A stretch of DNA of 61,702 bases from Candidatus Woesearchaeota archaeon. GTDB lineage: Archaea > Nanobdellota > Nanobdellia > Tiddalikarchaeales > Tiddalikarchaeaceae. Below the pieces are notes generated by a model that saw only the letters and a program-made list of their open reading frames with translations, was not told the origin of the DNA and ran no database searches. Each line of letters starts with the position of its first letter. Position 1 is the first letter of the stretch. This document shows positions 17,675 to 26,964 of the stretch, piece by piece. Both the position numbers and the translations under genes were made by a program. Location of the stretch: contig CAYWEY010000001.1 in assembly GCA_964457955.1 (NCBI GenBank), positions 38,277 through 99,978 on the forward strand, read 5' to 3'.

Positions 17675-18828
17675 TCATAAGTCACCGCCTCAATAGGATT
17701 CATTCTTGCAGCAATAATAGCAGGATAAATAGCACTAATAATACCTATAATAATAGAAAAAACAAGGACTTCAATAATTAGTGTTGAGGTAACAAGAGTT
17801 GTTATTCCAGAAAATTCCTGAACCATCCAGCTTCCTAAAAAACCAAGAAGTATTCCAAAAAAACCGCTGAGCAGGCCAATAATTCCTGCTTCACCAAGAA
17901 CCATTAATATAATATGCTTGTCCTGCCAGCCCACAGCCTTAAGCACACCAAACTCTTTAATACGCTCCATAACACTCATAAGCATAGTATTCATAACACC
18001 AATTCCACCAACAACAGCAGCGATTCCACTAACAAACCATAACGCGCTTGTCAAATTACCTAAAAAACTTGAAATACTCTCACCTATCTGCTGAGAACTC
18101 CTCACTCTTAAATCAGGAAAAGTAAGCTCCAACCTGTCCCTAAGCCTCTCAGTTTCTGAAGAATCATCAGGAGCAATCATCACCATACTAATTTCATTAT
18201 CGTCATAATCACTCAAATCCCATGCTTTCTCAATAGGAACAACGACAATACCTGCATTAAATCGTGACATAACAGAAACGGATTCGAGAATACCCACCAC
18301 CCTCCATGTTTCACCACTCATCTTCACACTACTGCCAACAAATAAGTTGAACTCTTCAGCAAGATTATCACTTACAACAATACTGTTTTCATCACCACTC
18401 TGCAAACTTCTTCCTTCAGCAACATCATAAACAAAATAACTTCCACTGAAAATAGGGACTTTATCAGGATTAATTCCCCAGCATACAACAGCAGGCCTGT
18501 CAGTACCCCACGACTCCGCGCTCGTCTTGAGTCCTGCAAAAGTTTCAGGAAAATAACTAATAATAGCAGTAGAGTCCTTAACTCCTTTAACCCTCTTTGA
18601 TTTCTCAACCAATCCTTTATCAATATTGCTGAGTGATTCATCAATCGCGCCTTTCTCAAGCATCATTAATCCCTGAAAACTTCCGAGAGTCCCTTCAGCC
18701 TCGCCTCTTATTCCATCACTAATACTTACAAGAGAAACAATAGCACCGACTCCAATAATAATTCCAAGCATAGTGAGAAATGTGCGAGACTTCTCCCTTA
18801 ATAAATTCTCAACACTTAACTTAATCAT
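17671..18828 (-). CDS. ABC transporter permease, FtsX/MacB-type (paralogue)
   Basis: Same architecture as 16508..17674, with a 4-nt overlap with it. Confidence 0.85.
   Translation of the reverse strand: MIKLSVENLLREKSRTFLTMLGIIIGVGAIVSLVSISDGIRGEAEGTLGSFQGLMMLEKGAIDESLSNIDKGLVEKSKRVKGVKDSTAIISYFPETFAGLKTSAESWGTDRPAVVCWGINPDKVPIFSGSYFVYDVAEGRSLQSGDENSIVVSDNLAEEFNLFVGSSVKMSGETWRVVGILESVSVMSRFNAGIVVVPIEKAWDLSDYDDNEISMVMIAPDDSSETERLRDRLELTFPDLRVRSSQQIGESISSFLGNLTSALWFVSGIAAVVGGIGVMNTMLMSVMERIKEFGVLKAVGWQDKHIILMVLGEAGIIGLLSGFFGILLGFLGSWMVQEFSGITTLVTSTLIIEVLVFSIIIGIISAIYPAIIAARMNPIEAVTYE
17914..18014. repeat. 101-nt tract identical to 16748..16848
   Basis: See the partner repeat. Confidence 0.95.
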
Positions 18829-18835
18829 AAGTATA

Positions 18836-19951
18836 TTATTTTCTGAAACGATTCCACAACAACCATAAAACCATTAAAGCAACTCCTCCAATAATATAAT
18901 ACATCATCGTATTATCTGTTTGAACTGGTTTTACATAGTAAGAAAAATTCTGAGTTATTGCGTGCTCGGTTCCAAGTTCATTCTCATAATTAACGATTAT
19001 TTCACCATCAATACTATTCAAATCTCTGGGAAGATTAAGATCAAAAATACCTGTTGTTAAATCATCACGTTCGAGTGTTCCCAAATATTCTGACTTTACT
19101 CCAGTAATATTCTCATTAGGAATATTTAACTGCACATTAATACTATATGCTTTATCAGTACCAATATTCTCAATCTGGACACTAATCATCTGCTCACTAT
19201 CAGCAACAGGGAGTTCAGGATCTAGATTAATCCCGCTGAAAGCAAGTTCAGGACTGCCTCTTACAGCAAGGTTCAAAACATCCTTGTCATAATAAGCATT
19301 AGCTGTCTTATTCAAAACAAACTGGAAATTGCCTGGTTCAATACTTTTCTCAACAAATACGGTAATATTAAAAACTCTGCTCTCCCCGACTCCTAATTTT
19401 TTGATAAAGAACTGGCTTCCTCTGCGCGGAACAAAACCACTTGGCATAATTATATCAAGCAGTATATTCTTTAAATCCTCATCACCCTGATTACTAATGT
19501 TTAAACTGAAATCATTATTTTCATTAATAACTAATCCGCTTGTATAATCCTCAGTAATTAAGTGATTGTAAGAATTAATCTTAATACTCACACTATCCTG
19601 AACAAAATAATTCTTGCTATCATCATAATCAATATTAACAAAAATAGCGTAATCTCCTGGCATAATATTCTCAGGAGCATAATAGTTGATAATAACTTTT
19701 TTAGTCTCGCCATCCTCAAGCGTTCCTATACGAATACTATTAGCGCTCAGGTTAAGGCTTGATGATAATGAAACTTCAGCATTTATAGCCCTGTTATCAC
19801 CATCATTAGTGACGGAGAAGCTGAGAAGTCCTGATTCTCCGACATCAATCATTGAATCAGTAACACTTAAATTATCTATATTAAGCTGGGCGCGGCAAAA
19901 AACAGTGTTAAATAATGCAAGAATCATAAATAAGAATAAAATTTTCTTCAT
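18836..19951 (-). CDS. secreted/anchored surface protein with CARDB-like repeats
   Basis: Signal peptide MKKILFLFMILALFNTVFC and C-terminal TM (YYIIGGVALMVLWLLW). Three repeats of the .N.G......N..V.L pattern (VTNDGDNRAINAEVSL, ISNQGDEDLKNILLDI, IENIGTDKAYSINVQL). First gene of the ABC operon. Confidence 0.6.
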   Translation of the reverse strand: MKKILFLFMILALFNTVFCRAQLNIDNLSVTDSMIDVGESGLLSFSVTNDGDNRAINAEVSLSSSLNLSANSIRIGTLEDGETKKVIINYYAPENIMPGDYAIFVNIDYDDSKNYFVQDSVSIKINSYNHLITEDYTSGLVINENNDFSLNISNQGDEDLKNILLDIIMPSGFVPRRGSQFFIKKLGVGESRVFNITVFVEKSIEPGNFQFVLNKTANAYYDKDVLNLAVRGSPELAFSGINLDPELPVADSEQMISVQIENIGTDKAYSINVQLNIPNENITGVKSEYLGTLERDDLTTGIFDLNLPRDLNSIDGEIIVNYENELGTEHAITQNFSYYVKPVQTDNTMMYYIIGGVALMVLWLLWNRFRK

Positions 19952-20036
19952 TATTTTTAATTAAAATATAGAATGTTTATAAAATTTTCTTTAAACAAAA
20001 CATTTAAAAAAATAAAAATTTAATTACCTTAAAATA

Positions 20037-21044
20037 ATGACTGACTTGAGCAAGTTAAAAAAGTATGCTAAAAAAATTGGTAAAGGACTCTTATTATTGA
20101 ATCCTATTGGTGCTGCTTATCTTGGTTATAAAATCGGCAAGAAAGGAGGCAATAAATTAAACATGATGAGTTATAAGAGGAATATTAAGCCTTATATTGC
20201 CAGTACAAAAAATAGTCTTCCTGAAAACAGTGTTTACATGACTGATGATGCTTTTAAAAAACTGGGAAGAAAATTTAAGAAAACTCAGAAAGATATTCTT
20301 GTTCATTCTCTTAATAATAAAGGGCTTGAAGACACTCTCAGAGTTTCAAGGATTCAAAAAAATCCTCAAGCTGGATTAATTCATGCTGACCCAGTTATTT
20401 CTTACCTGGAAAGAACTGGAGCCCATATTAATAAGAACAAGTTGAGGAATTTGCTTGCTGAATACAAATTAGGCGACAATAATCTTGATAAAGTGATTAC
20501 TATTCTTGAAAATAATAATTATATTATGCCTGAAGCAGGAAATCCTGGTTTTTACAAGATTAAGAAAGATAACAGTCTTTCAGGTGAAGAATCTCATCTA
20601 TTCACAGGACATAATCTTTTAACAAAGTCCAGGATTAAGGAGCAGAAAGATTCAAAATACTGCAGAATAATTGATTATAATAACCCAAACGGTCCGGAAT
20701 ATGTTGGAATATGGAGTAATAATGAGAAAGTATTAACCAATCCAGAAAATACTCTTTCAGGAAGCATGGTTAAATTGAATCCTAAAATTTACAAGTATAA
20801 GGCAAGAACTCCAAAAAATACTAATTCAGGCGGTCCTGCAACTATAATAATACCTGATGATGTTGAGATTAAGAAAAAGTGGGGTACGGAAAAAGTTCCT
20901 GTTAAGACCAAGAAAGGATATACTAATCTGCCGGTAGTGGTTAGTGCTGGTGTTCAAGAACCGGTTCTGACAAATAATGAAGTAAGAATAGGGCATGATG
21001 ATGTTAAGATAAAAGGAGTTTATCCTAGTTTTGCTCTAGCATAA
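20037..21044 (+). CDS. hypothetical protein (335 aa)
   Basis: Long ORF; no motif recognised. Confidence 0.5.
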   Translation: MTDLSKLKKYAKKIGKGLLLLNPIGAAYLGYKIGKKGGNKLNMMSYKRNIKPYIASTKNSLPENSVYMTDDAFKKLGRKFKKTQKDILVHSLNNKGLEDTLRVSRIQKNPQAGLIHADPVISYLERTGAHINKNKLRNLLAEYKLGDNNLDKVITILENNNYIMPEAGNPGFYKIKKDNSLSGEESHLFTGHNLLTKSRIKEQKDSKYCRIIDYNNPNGPEYVGIWSNNEKVLTNPENTLSGSMVKLNPKIYKYKARTPKNTNSGGPATIIIPDDVEIKKKWGTEKVPVKTKKGYTNLPVVVSAGVQEPVLTNNEVRIGHDDVKIKGVYPSFALA

Positions 21045-21078
21045 ATATATTTATAATACTAAAAACACTTATTTCTTT

Positions 21079-21303
21079 ATGTGCATGGCTTATCCTGCCC
21101 GGGTTAAGGAGAAATCCTCTGATTATTCAATAATTCAGACAATGAATGGTGGGGAGAAGAAGATTAAACCCTGCCCTGTACCAAATATTGGTGAGGATGA
21201 TTACGTTCTTGTTCATAATAAGAATATTGTTCAGAAAATAAGTTATGAAGATTTTAAAAAAATAAAGGAAGAATATTCTGCACTAAAAGAATTAGACTGT
21301 TAG
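21079..21303 (+). CDS. hypC: [NiFe] hydrogenase maturation chaperone HypC/HupF family
   Basis: N-terminal MCMAYPARV (the MC..(V/I)P consensus with the essential Cys2) and GEDDYVLVH (the GDyVLVH core). 74 aa. Confidence 0.7.
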   Translation: MCMAYPARVKEKSSDYSIIQTMNGGEKKIKPCPVPNIGEDDYVLVHNKNIVQKISYEDFKKIKEEYSALKELDC

Positions 21304-22462
21304 GGAATAATCCGAACAGTATTATGGAGATTATTAGAAGAGTTATAACAATTTTCTGATTCAGACTTAATTCTATATCTTCTATCCTCCTTTTCTTCTT
21401 GAAAAGAATGTATAATGTGTTTATGTAATAAACACTTGAAATCACAAGATTCATTATCATTATTAATGAGAATAATAAATTATTGCTTCCTAATAGTATT
21501 AATGCTTCGCTTACGAATAATGCTAGTCCTGGAATACTGCTCATGGATAAGAATGATATTAATAATCCTGCACTTATGTAAGGATTTGTTCTTGCGATTC
21601 CTTTAAGCCCTTTTATTGTTGTATTATTTGACTCTTTTATTAATATGAATACTGTTATGAATGCGAGTGTAACCGTGAATCCATGACTTATTATATGGTA
21701 TAAAGAACCAGTTAGTGCTTGTGTTGAGCCCAAACTGAATCCGAAAAGTATTATACTTAACTGAGCTATACTGCTGTACGCGAGAAGTGTTTTAATATTT
21801 TTCTGCACTAACGCACTTATATTCGCTAAAGTCATACTCACCAATGCAATTATTGTTAACACTAATCCATACTCTGTGAATAAATTATAGAATTTGAAGA
21901 GAGCCAATCCCCCTATCTTGCTTAGTATTGCTGAAAATATTATTACAACACTTAGTTTTGCTGTTGAATAAACTTCAGGAACCCACATATGAAAAGGCAC
22001 TATTCCCATTTTCACAGCAAGTCCTATAAATATTATTAAAAGAATTATAATATGGGGTGCAGGTATGGAAAGCATGCTTATTCCTAACAATAATAAACTG
22101 CTTCCTATAGTACTTAATATGAAATATTTCAGCAGGACAAGAAGTTTTTCTCTTTTCTTCTCGAATAATAAGAAATAAGAGCATATTAGACACCATTCAA
22201 AGTACAAAAAGATTTCAAGAAAATCTTTTGCATATATTAATCCATACGCTCCTCCAAGAAGAAAGAAGTAAAGCGCATAATCTATTGGATTAATCTCTTC
22301 ATTCATTAAAGTAATGATAAGGATTATTATGATGAAGAATACGATATAAATATTTGATGACAGGAATAATAAAATAAGTAGCAGGGTGATTGTTAAGTAC
22401 TTATTTTTTTTAAAAAAACTTGTTAGTAGTCCTGACATAAAGAAGATGAAAACTTTTATCAC
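21254..22462 (-). CDS. Mrp/NuoN-like antiporter-type membrane subunit
   Basis: GIVPFHMWVPEVYSTAKLSVVIIFSAILSKIGGLALFKF matches the NuoL/M/N-MrpD core motif P.H.W.P(D/E).... Polytopic. Confidence 0.8.
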   Translation of the reverse strand: MIKVFIFFMSGLLTSFFKKNKYLTITLLLILLFLSSNIYIVFFIIIILIITLMNEEINPIDYALYFFLLGGAYGLIYAKDFLEIFLYFEWCLICSYFLLFEKKREKLLVLLKYFILSTIGSSLLLLGISMLSIPAPHIIILLIIFIGLAVKMGIVPFHMWVPEVYSTAKLSVVIIFSAILSKIGGLALFKFYNLFTEYGLVLTIIALVSMTLANISALVQKNIKTLLAYSSIAQLSIILFGFSLGSTQALTGSLYHIISHGFTVTLAFITVFILIKESNNTTIKGLKGIARTNPYISAGLLISFLSMSSIPGLALFVSEALILLGSNNLLFSLIMIMNLVISSVYYINTLYILFKKKRRIEDIELSLNQKIVITLLIISIILFGLFPNSLILLVQNILPLFF

Positions 22463-23835
22463 GGAATCACTCCATTAAGCAGTTTTATTAATGGTTCTGG
22501 ATAAACTCCCGTAATTATGATAAGCACCGCAAGTATTACCTGCACTATTTTTGCTTCAAAAGATGGTTTTCTTATTTTCGGAAATTTATTACGCTGGCTT
22601 ATAATACTTTTTACAAGAATTATGAAATAACTTAAAGTAATTACTCCTGCAAAAATTGCAGCACTAATCATAAAGAATCCTTGCTCAATTACGTGTTCAA
22701 ATATTAATAATTCTGATACAAAACCATTCAGTAAAGGCATTCCTATAAGACTGAAACTTGCTGTTATTAAACATGCTGAGGTGAGGAATAATTTTTTCAT
22801 AACTCCTTTTAATTCTTTTATTTTTCTTGTCTTCACTGAATAAATATAAGTGCCTGCGCAGAGGAATAATAATGATTTACATAATGCATGAGTGATTACG
22901 TGCAGGGCTCCACCCACATTATCTATTCCTAATAGTACATAACCCATCTGACTTACTGTACTGTAAGCAAGCATTCTCTTAATATCATCCTGCACTAGTG
23001 CCATGAATCCTCCGTAAATCATTGAAGCAAGAGCCAAGTACTTAATTAAGGTGAAATCGTATTTAAAAACTATTAAGAGTATTCGTATTATTCCATAACC
23101 ACCCATTCCAACCATTAAACCGCTTAGCATTGCACTTACAGTGCTTGGTGCTTCACTGTGAGCGTCGGGCAGCCAGTTGTGCAAGGGGAATACTCCCATC
23201 TTTATCAAGAATCCTGTTAAGAATAATGATGAAATATTCCATGGAATAGTTTTTGACTCTAATTCAATGAATTCAAAACTCGAATATGTTGAGTAAATCC
23301 ATAAAATGCTTATGAGTATTAATAATGCGCCTATGTGCATATAAATAAAGTATTTCAGTCCTATACTTCCCTTATTTTTTGTATGCCCATAATACGATAT
23401 TAAAAAATATGCTGGTATAATCATTACTTCAAGAAACATATAGAATTGTATGAAATTAGTTGATAAGCATAATCCGAGCATTCCTACTGCAAAAAAATCG
23501 AGGAGTGAGAAGAATTTTTTAGGCTTCTTCTTCTCCATCCTCAGCGCATAAACTTGGCATAATACACTTATTATCATCACAGTAAGCGAGTAAAGAAATG
23601 ATAAACCATCAAGACTTAAGTCAAAACTTATATCCATTGAAGGTATCCATGAATATTCTTCAACAATTGTTCCATGCGTAAGTATTTGAGGTGTGTTTAA
23701 TAATAATATTAGTGTGCCTAGACTCATTGAAACTATTATTAAATAAACTGATAATTCTTTTTTCTCAAAATCAAGAAAATAAGATAATAAACCCCCTATT
23801 AATGGAATAATTATTGTCCACACAAGAAGAGTCAT
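22459..23835 (-). CDS. MrpD/NuoM-like antiporter subunit (MbhH-like)
   Basis: GVFPLHNWLPDAHSEAPSTVSAMLSGLMVGMGGYGIIR is the canonical proton-pumping antiporter-subunit motif. About 14 TM helices. Confidence 0.85.
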   Translation of the reverse strand: MTLLVWTIIIPLIGGLLSYFLDFEKKELSVYLIIVSMSLGTLILLLNTPQILTHGTIVEEYSWIPSMDISFDLSLDGLSFLYSLTVMIISVLCQVYALRMEKKKPKKFFSLLDFFAVGMLGLCLSTNFIQFYMFLEVMIIPAYFLISYYGHTKNKGSIGLKYFIYMHIGALLILISILWIYSTYSSFEFIELESKTIPWNISSLFLTGFLIKMGVFPLHNWLPDAHSEAPSTVSAMLSGLMVGMGGYGIIRILLIVFKYDFTLIKYLALASMIYGGFMALVQDDIKRMLAYSTVSQMGYVLLGIDNVGGALHVITHALCKSLLFLCAGTYIYSVKTRKIKELKGVMKKLFLTSACLITASFSLIGMPLLNGFVSELLIFEHVIEQGFFMISAAIFAGVITLSYFIILVKSIISQRNKFPKIRKPSFEAKIVQVILAVLIIITGVYPEPLIKLLNGVIP

Positions 23836-24722
23836 AAGAATAATCCTCCTAACAGCACCAATATTATTCCTATCATTATAAACATCACATCCCTATTAAT
23901 AGTGTTCTTCTGCAATGAAACAGCTGTTTTTCCAAAACCAAAAATATTGTATATGAAATACTTTGTTGTATTATCGATTAATTCATCTAAGAATTCTGAA
24001 ACATCTGAAAGCGAGAGGAATAATTTTATGAAATTATCATGAATTTTTATAAATATTTCATTAATTGCTTCAATTATATTTTTCTTCTTTTTCTTACCAT
24101 CAAGTTTTTTCACTAATTCTTCCATAAAATAATAATTAATTTCTCTCTTGGATAAGAAACTCATTAGTATTCCTGAAATAATTCCGAAAAGAGAGAGTGA
24201 AAGGAATAATACTATTATTATTGTCTGAAACAATGTATAATCATAAAATATTATTTCTTTTGTTGTAATTCTTGAGAAATAAGCCATTAAAAGAATCATG
24301 ATTAGTGAAGAAATATTGCTCATTAGTAACAAGTCAAAAACATACTTATCTCCTATTATGATACTGTAACCAAAAATCATTAACGCCCAGAACAAGTAAA
24401 CAAGGAATACGTTGTTAAGATTTAGGATTGCATAAAAAAGCAATAATTCTATAAGCATTATTGTTGAGAAAGTATTAATATATTCATAATCTCTGCGCGA
24501 CTTAATAATCAACCATGTAAGAAGTAATCCTGTGAATAATATTAATAATATTCCTGACTCTTCAAGTATGAAGAAAGCAAGAACTGCTAGTAATACGATT
24601 TTTGTCAACCAACTTATTCTTGCTCCAGCATTAGATAATGATACATTCACTAATACTGTTCCTATCAATAAGATTATGCTTATTATTTCAAGAGGAACTT
24701 CACCCACTGCAGCTATTATCAT
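23832..24722 (-). CDS. membrane subunit of the Mrp-like module (unassigned)
   Basis: Polytopic, with 4-nt overlaps on both sides with Mrp-like genes. Confidence 0.5.
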   Translation of the reverse strand: MIIAAVGEVPLEIISIILLIGTVLVNVSLSNAGARISWLTKIVLLAVLAFFILEESGILLILFTGLLLTWLIIKSRRDYEYINTFSTIMLIELLLFYAILNLNNVFLVYLFWALMIFGYSIIIGDKYVFDLLLMSNISSLIMILLMAYFSRITTKEIIFYDYTLFQTIIIVLFLSLSLFGIISGILMSFLSKREINYYFMEELVKKLDGKKKKKNIIEAINEIFIKIHDNFIKLFLSLSDVSEFLDELIDNTTKYFIYNIFGFGKTAVSLQKNTINRDVMFIMIGIILVLLGGLFL

Positions 24723-24949
24723 TCCTCACCCACCTCTCTTAACTTAGCGTACCGCCATATGTAATGGGAGAGGATTAGGACGATTCCGAGACTTCCTGCT
24801 TCAATACTAAGAACAATTAATCCACTTATTTCATTACTGATGCTGGCAAATACCAGCATACTAGGATAATTCAATAATCCTATGAGTATCACTATTTTCA
24901 ACAAATTCTTCTCAGTGCTTAATCCATAAATTATTAATCCTATAATCAC
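24719..24949 (-). CDS. small membrane subunit, MrpC/NuoK-like (tentative)
   Basis: 76 aa with 3 hydrophobic helices. EKNLLKIVILIGLLN resembles the NuoK/MrpC segment. Confidence 0.45.
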   Translation of the reverse strand: MIIGLIIYGLSTEKNLLKIVILIGLLNYPSMLVFASISNEISGLIVLSIEAGSLGIVLILSHYIWRYAKLREVGEE

Positions 24950-24971
24950 AAAACTCGTGAGTATGAAGTAA

Positions 24972-25169
24972 TTAATCGCTTATCACCTTCTGAACTCCTA
25001 TTATGACTGAATAAATTATGAAACTGATTATGACAGGATAAGGCGTGTTGAACAAGTTTTCCGGACTAGTCACTTCGTCAGGAATGCTTAATCCTATTCC
25101 ATAATAAACCATTAATCCAATTATGATTACTGCAAGCAGTATATTATATTTCTTCATTCTCAACACCAC
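24972..25169 (-). CDS. small membrane protein of the Mrp-like module
   Basis: 65 aa, 2 hydrophobic helices, in the array. Confidence 0.4.
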   Translation of the reverse strand: MVLRMKKYNILLAVIIIGLMVYYGIGLSIPDEVTSPENLFNTPYPVIISFIIYSVIIGVQKVISD

Positions 25170-25374
25170 TATGGATTGAATAAAATACTATTGTGAAACT
25201 AACTGCTGAAACAAACTGGAATACGCTTAAATAATACATTCTTTTAATCCAGAAAAGAATTGCCATAAAGAATCCTGCACTATAAAACCAGATTATGCTG
25301 TTGCTGGATAATTTTGAAAATATTACTAAAAGAACACATATTATTAGTAAGATTAAAAAAAAGTTCTCTATCAT
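25144..25374 (-). CDS. small membrane protein of the Mrp-like module
   Basis: 76 aa, 2-3 hydrophobic helices, 25 nt downstream of the GTPase-like gene. Confidence 0.4.
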   Translation of the reverse strand: MIENFFLILLIICVLLVIFSKLSSNSIIWFYSAGFFMAILFWIKRMYYLSVFQFVSAVSFTIVFYSIHSGVENEEI

Positions 25375-25399
25375 GATTAATAATTAATCTGAAGATTTC

Positions 25400-26956
25400 T
25401 TAAAAATATTCCTGAAAAAAGTTGTTTAGTTTTTCTTTAGGCATTAATAAACTCTTTGCCACGTTTCTCAAAACTTTTTGTCTGGAACCGACTTTTTCAA
25501 CAGCAGTACTTATTGCTTTTTTGGTGACTCCGAAAGTTTTTTCAAAATCTTCAAAACTACTGCATTTCTCCAGTTTTTCACCAACACTATTCTTCCACGA
25601 TTCCTTCATTTCTATCAGTCTTTCAGCACGATAATAGAATCCTTTATCAGGATGTGATTCTGTGTTCTTAATTTTTATCCCAAATTTTTCAGGAAATATG
25701 CTTCCCGCCATTTCAGAAAATAATTTTAAATCCAGATTATCTTCCCTTACTTCACCATCAATATAGAACAATTCTTTCTTTATCTTAACCGAGTAAATAT
25801 CAGGAGCAACTGTTAGAGTCAGATTATACCAGGTAAGGCCTTCAATTAAGTGTTGGTTTGCTCTTAAGTTTGCTGTTTTTCCTGCACCTCCTGAACCATA
25901 CATTACTGATTTTGCTGCTCCTCCCAAATGCCCCATATCCTGCATATCCATCACATACCTTAATAATAATGGGAATAATCTACAGTTAACAAAATCAAGG
26001 CAGGGTCTTGCTGAAGTCATTATTGTTCCAATAATATTTGATTCCCCAACCTCATCTGTCTCTATTAATTTATTCCAATTCATTAAGTTGCCAATATTCT
26101 GGAGCAGTGATGTTATTTCTGAATTATGGGAAGGGTCTTCAGTTATGAAACTTAATCTCTTGGATAAGTCATAAAAGTCTTCCCACATATTACTATTATA
26201 AATAAAATCATTCCATTCCTTGAATGAAAATATTTCTTTAGTGAATTCGCTGTCTTCTTCAGAACCAAGATATTCTTCAACACTTTTCTTAACATTATTC
26301 CATGGCAGGATTTTTTTCAGCATATTAAATGATTTGTTCCATTCTTCATTAACATATTCTCTGGTGAATACTTTTTTTGCTCTTTTCAAAAAGAATTCTC
26401 CTTTCCTCTCATCCTGGTCAATACTGTACTTATTATTTATTCTCTTAATACTTCCTTCCTTATCCTCCAAATCTATTAAGGAATCAAGATGGGTTTTAAC
26501 AAGAACTAAAGTATGATAATTTTTCGGCAAGTGTTTGATATAAAAATTTCTCTGAGTATCATTATAATAATCTATGAGAGTATCAAGTGTTCTTAAATGC
26601 CTTGTTATATCACTGAATGCCATTCCATAAATGGCTCCCCCTGATACTGCTGTTCCTTTCTGTAAAAAATCTGCGAACCTATTCTGTCCTGCAGTATCCC
26701 ACATCTGCAGTCTTGATGCTGGAGTGTCTGGATCGTACTCGAAACCATTCACTATATCACCTAATCCTTCAATTCTCTGCATCATTAAAGACAAGTCATC
26801 ATAATTCTCTACTGTAAAATTATGCATTAAGTACCCTACTAATTCTTTTCCAGATATGCTGAATTTCTCACCAACCTTATTAAAATAATTAGTATATTCT
26901 GAAGAATCTATTTTTAATTCTTCCATAAATTTTTCACCATAATTTTCATATTCCAT
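25400..26956 (-). CDS. Ras/Rab-superfamily-related protein with non-canonical motif order (518 aa)
   Basis: LQMWDTAGQNRF (DTAGQ at aa 87-91, nt 26684-26698) closely matches the Rab switch-II motif WDTAGQERF. Canonical Walker A GSGGAGKT sits at aa 354-361 (nt 25874-25897), i.e. downstream of G3. Only a degenerate P-loop-like GEKFSISGKE (aa 29-38) occupies the expected G1 position. Confidence 0.6.
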   Translation of the reverse strand: MEYENYGEKFMEELKIDSSEYTNYFNKVGEKFSISGKELVGYLMHNFTVENYDDLSLMMQRIEGLGDIVNGFEYDPDTPASRLQMWDTAGQNRFADFLQKGTAVSGGAIYGMAFSDITRHLRTLDTLIDYYNDTQRNFYIKHLPKNYHTLVLVKTHLDSLIDLEDKEGSIKRINNKYSIDQDERKGEFFLKRAKKVFTREYVNEEWNKSFNMLKKILPWNNVKKSVEEYLGSEEDSEFTKEIFSFKEWNDFIYNSNMWEDFYDLSKRLSFITEDPSHNSEITSLLQNIGNLMNWNKLIETDEVGESNIIGTIMTSARPCLDFVNCRLFPLLLRYVMDMQDMGHLGGAAKSVMYGSGGAGKTANLRANQHLIEGLTWYNLTLTVAPDIYSVKIKKELFYIDGEVREDNLDLKLFSEMAGSIFPEKFGIKIKNTESHPDKGFYYRAERLIEMKESWKNSVGEKLEKCSSFEDFEKTFGVTKKAISTAVEKVGSRQKVLRNVAKSLLMPKEKLNNFFQEYF

Positions 26957-26964
26957 TTTTTTTA

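Noticed and set aside
17316-17696. 126-aa plus-strand ORF inside the FtsX permease gene. Similar shadow ORFs: 18372..18659, 28087..28437, 33266..33748, 47068..47412, 2769..2954, 11787..11999, 12162..12386
   Set aside because: All lie fully within strongly supported genes carrying family motifs on the other strand or frame, and none has a motif of its own.
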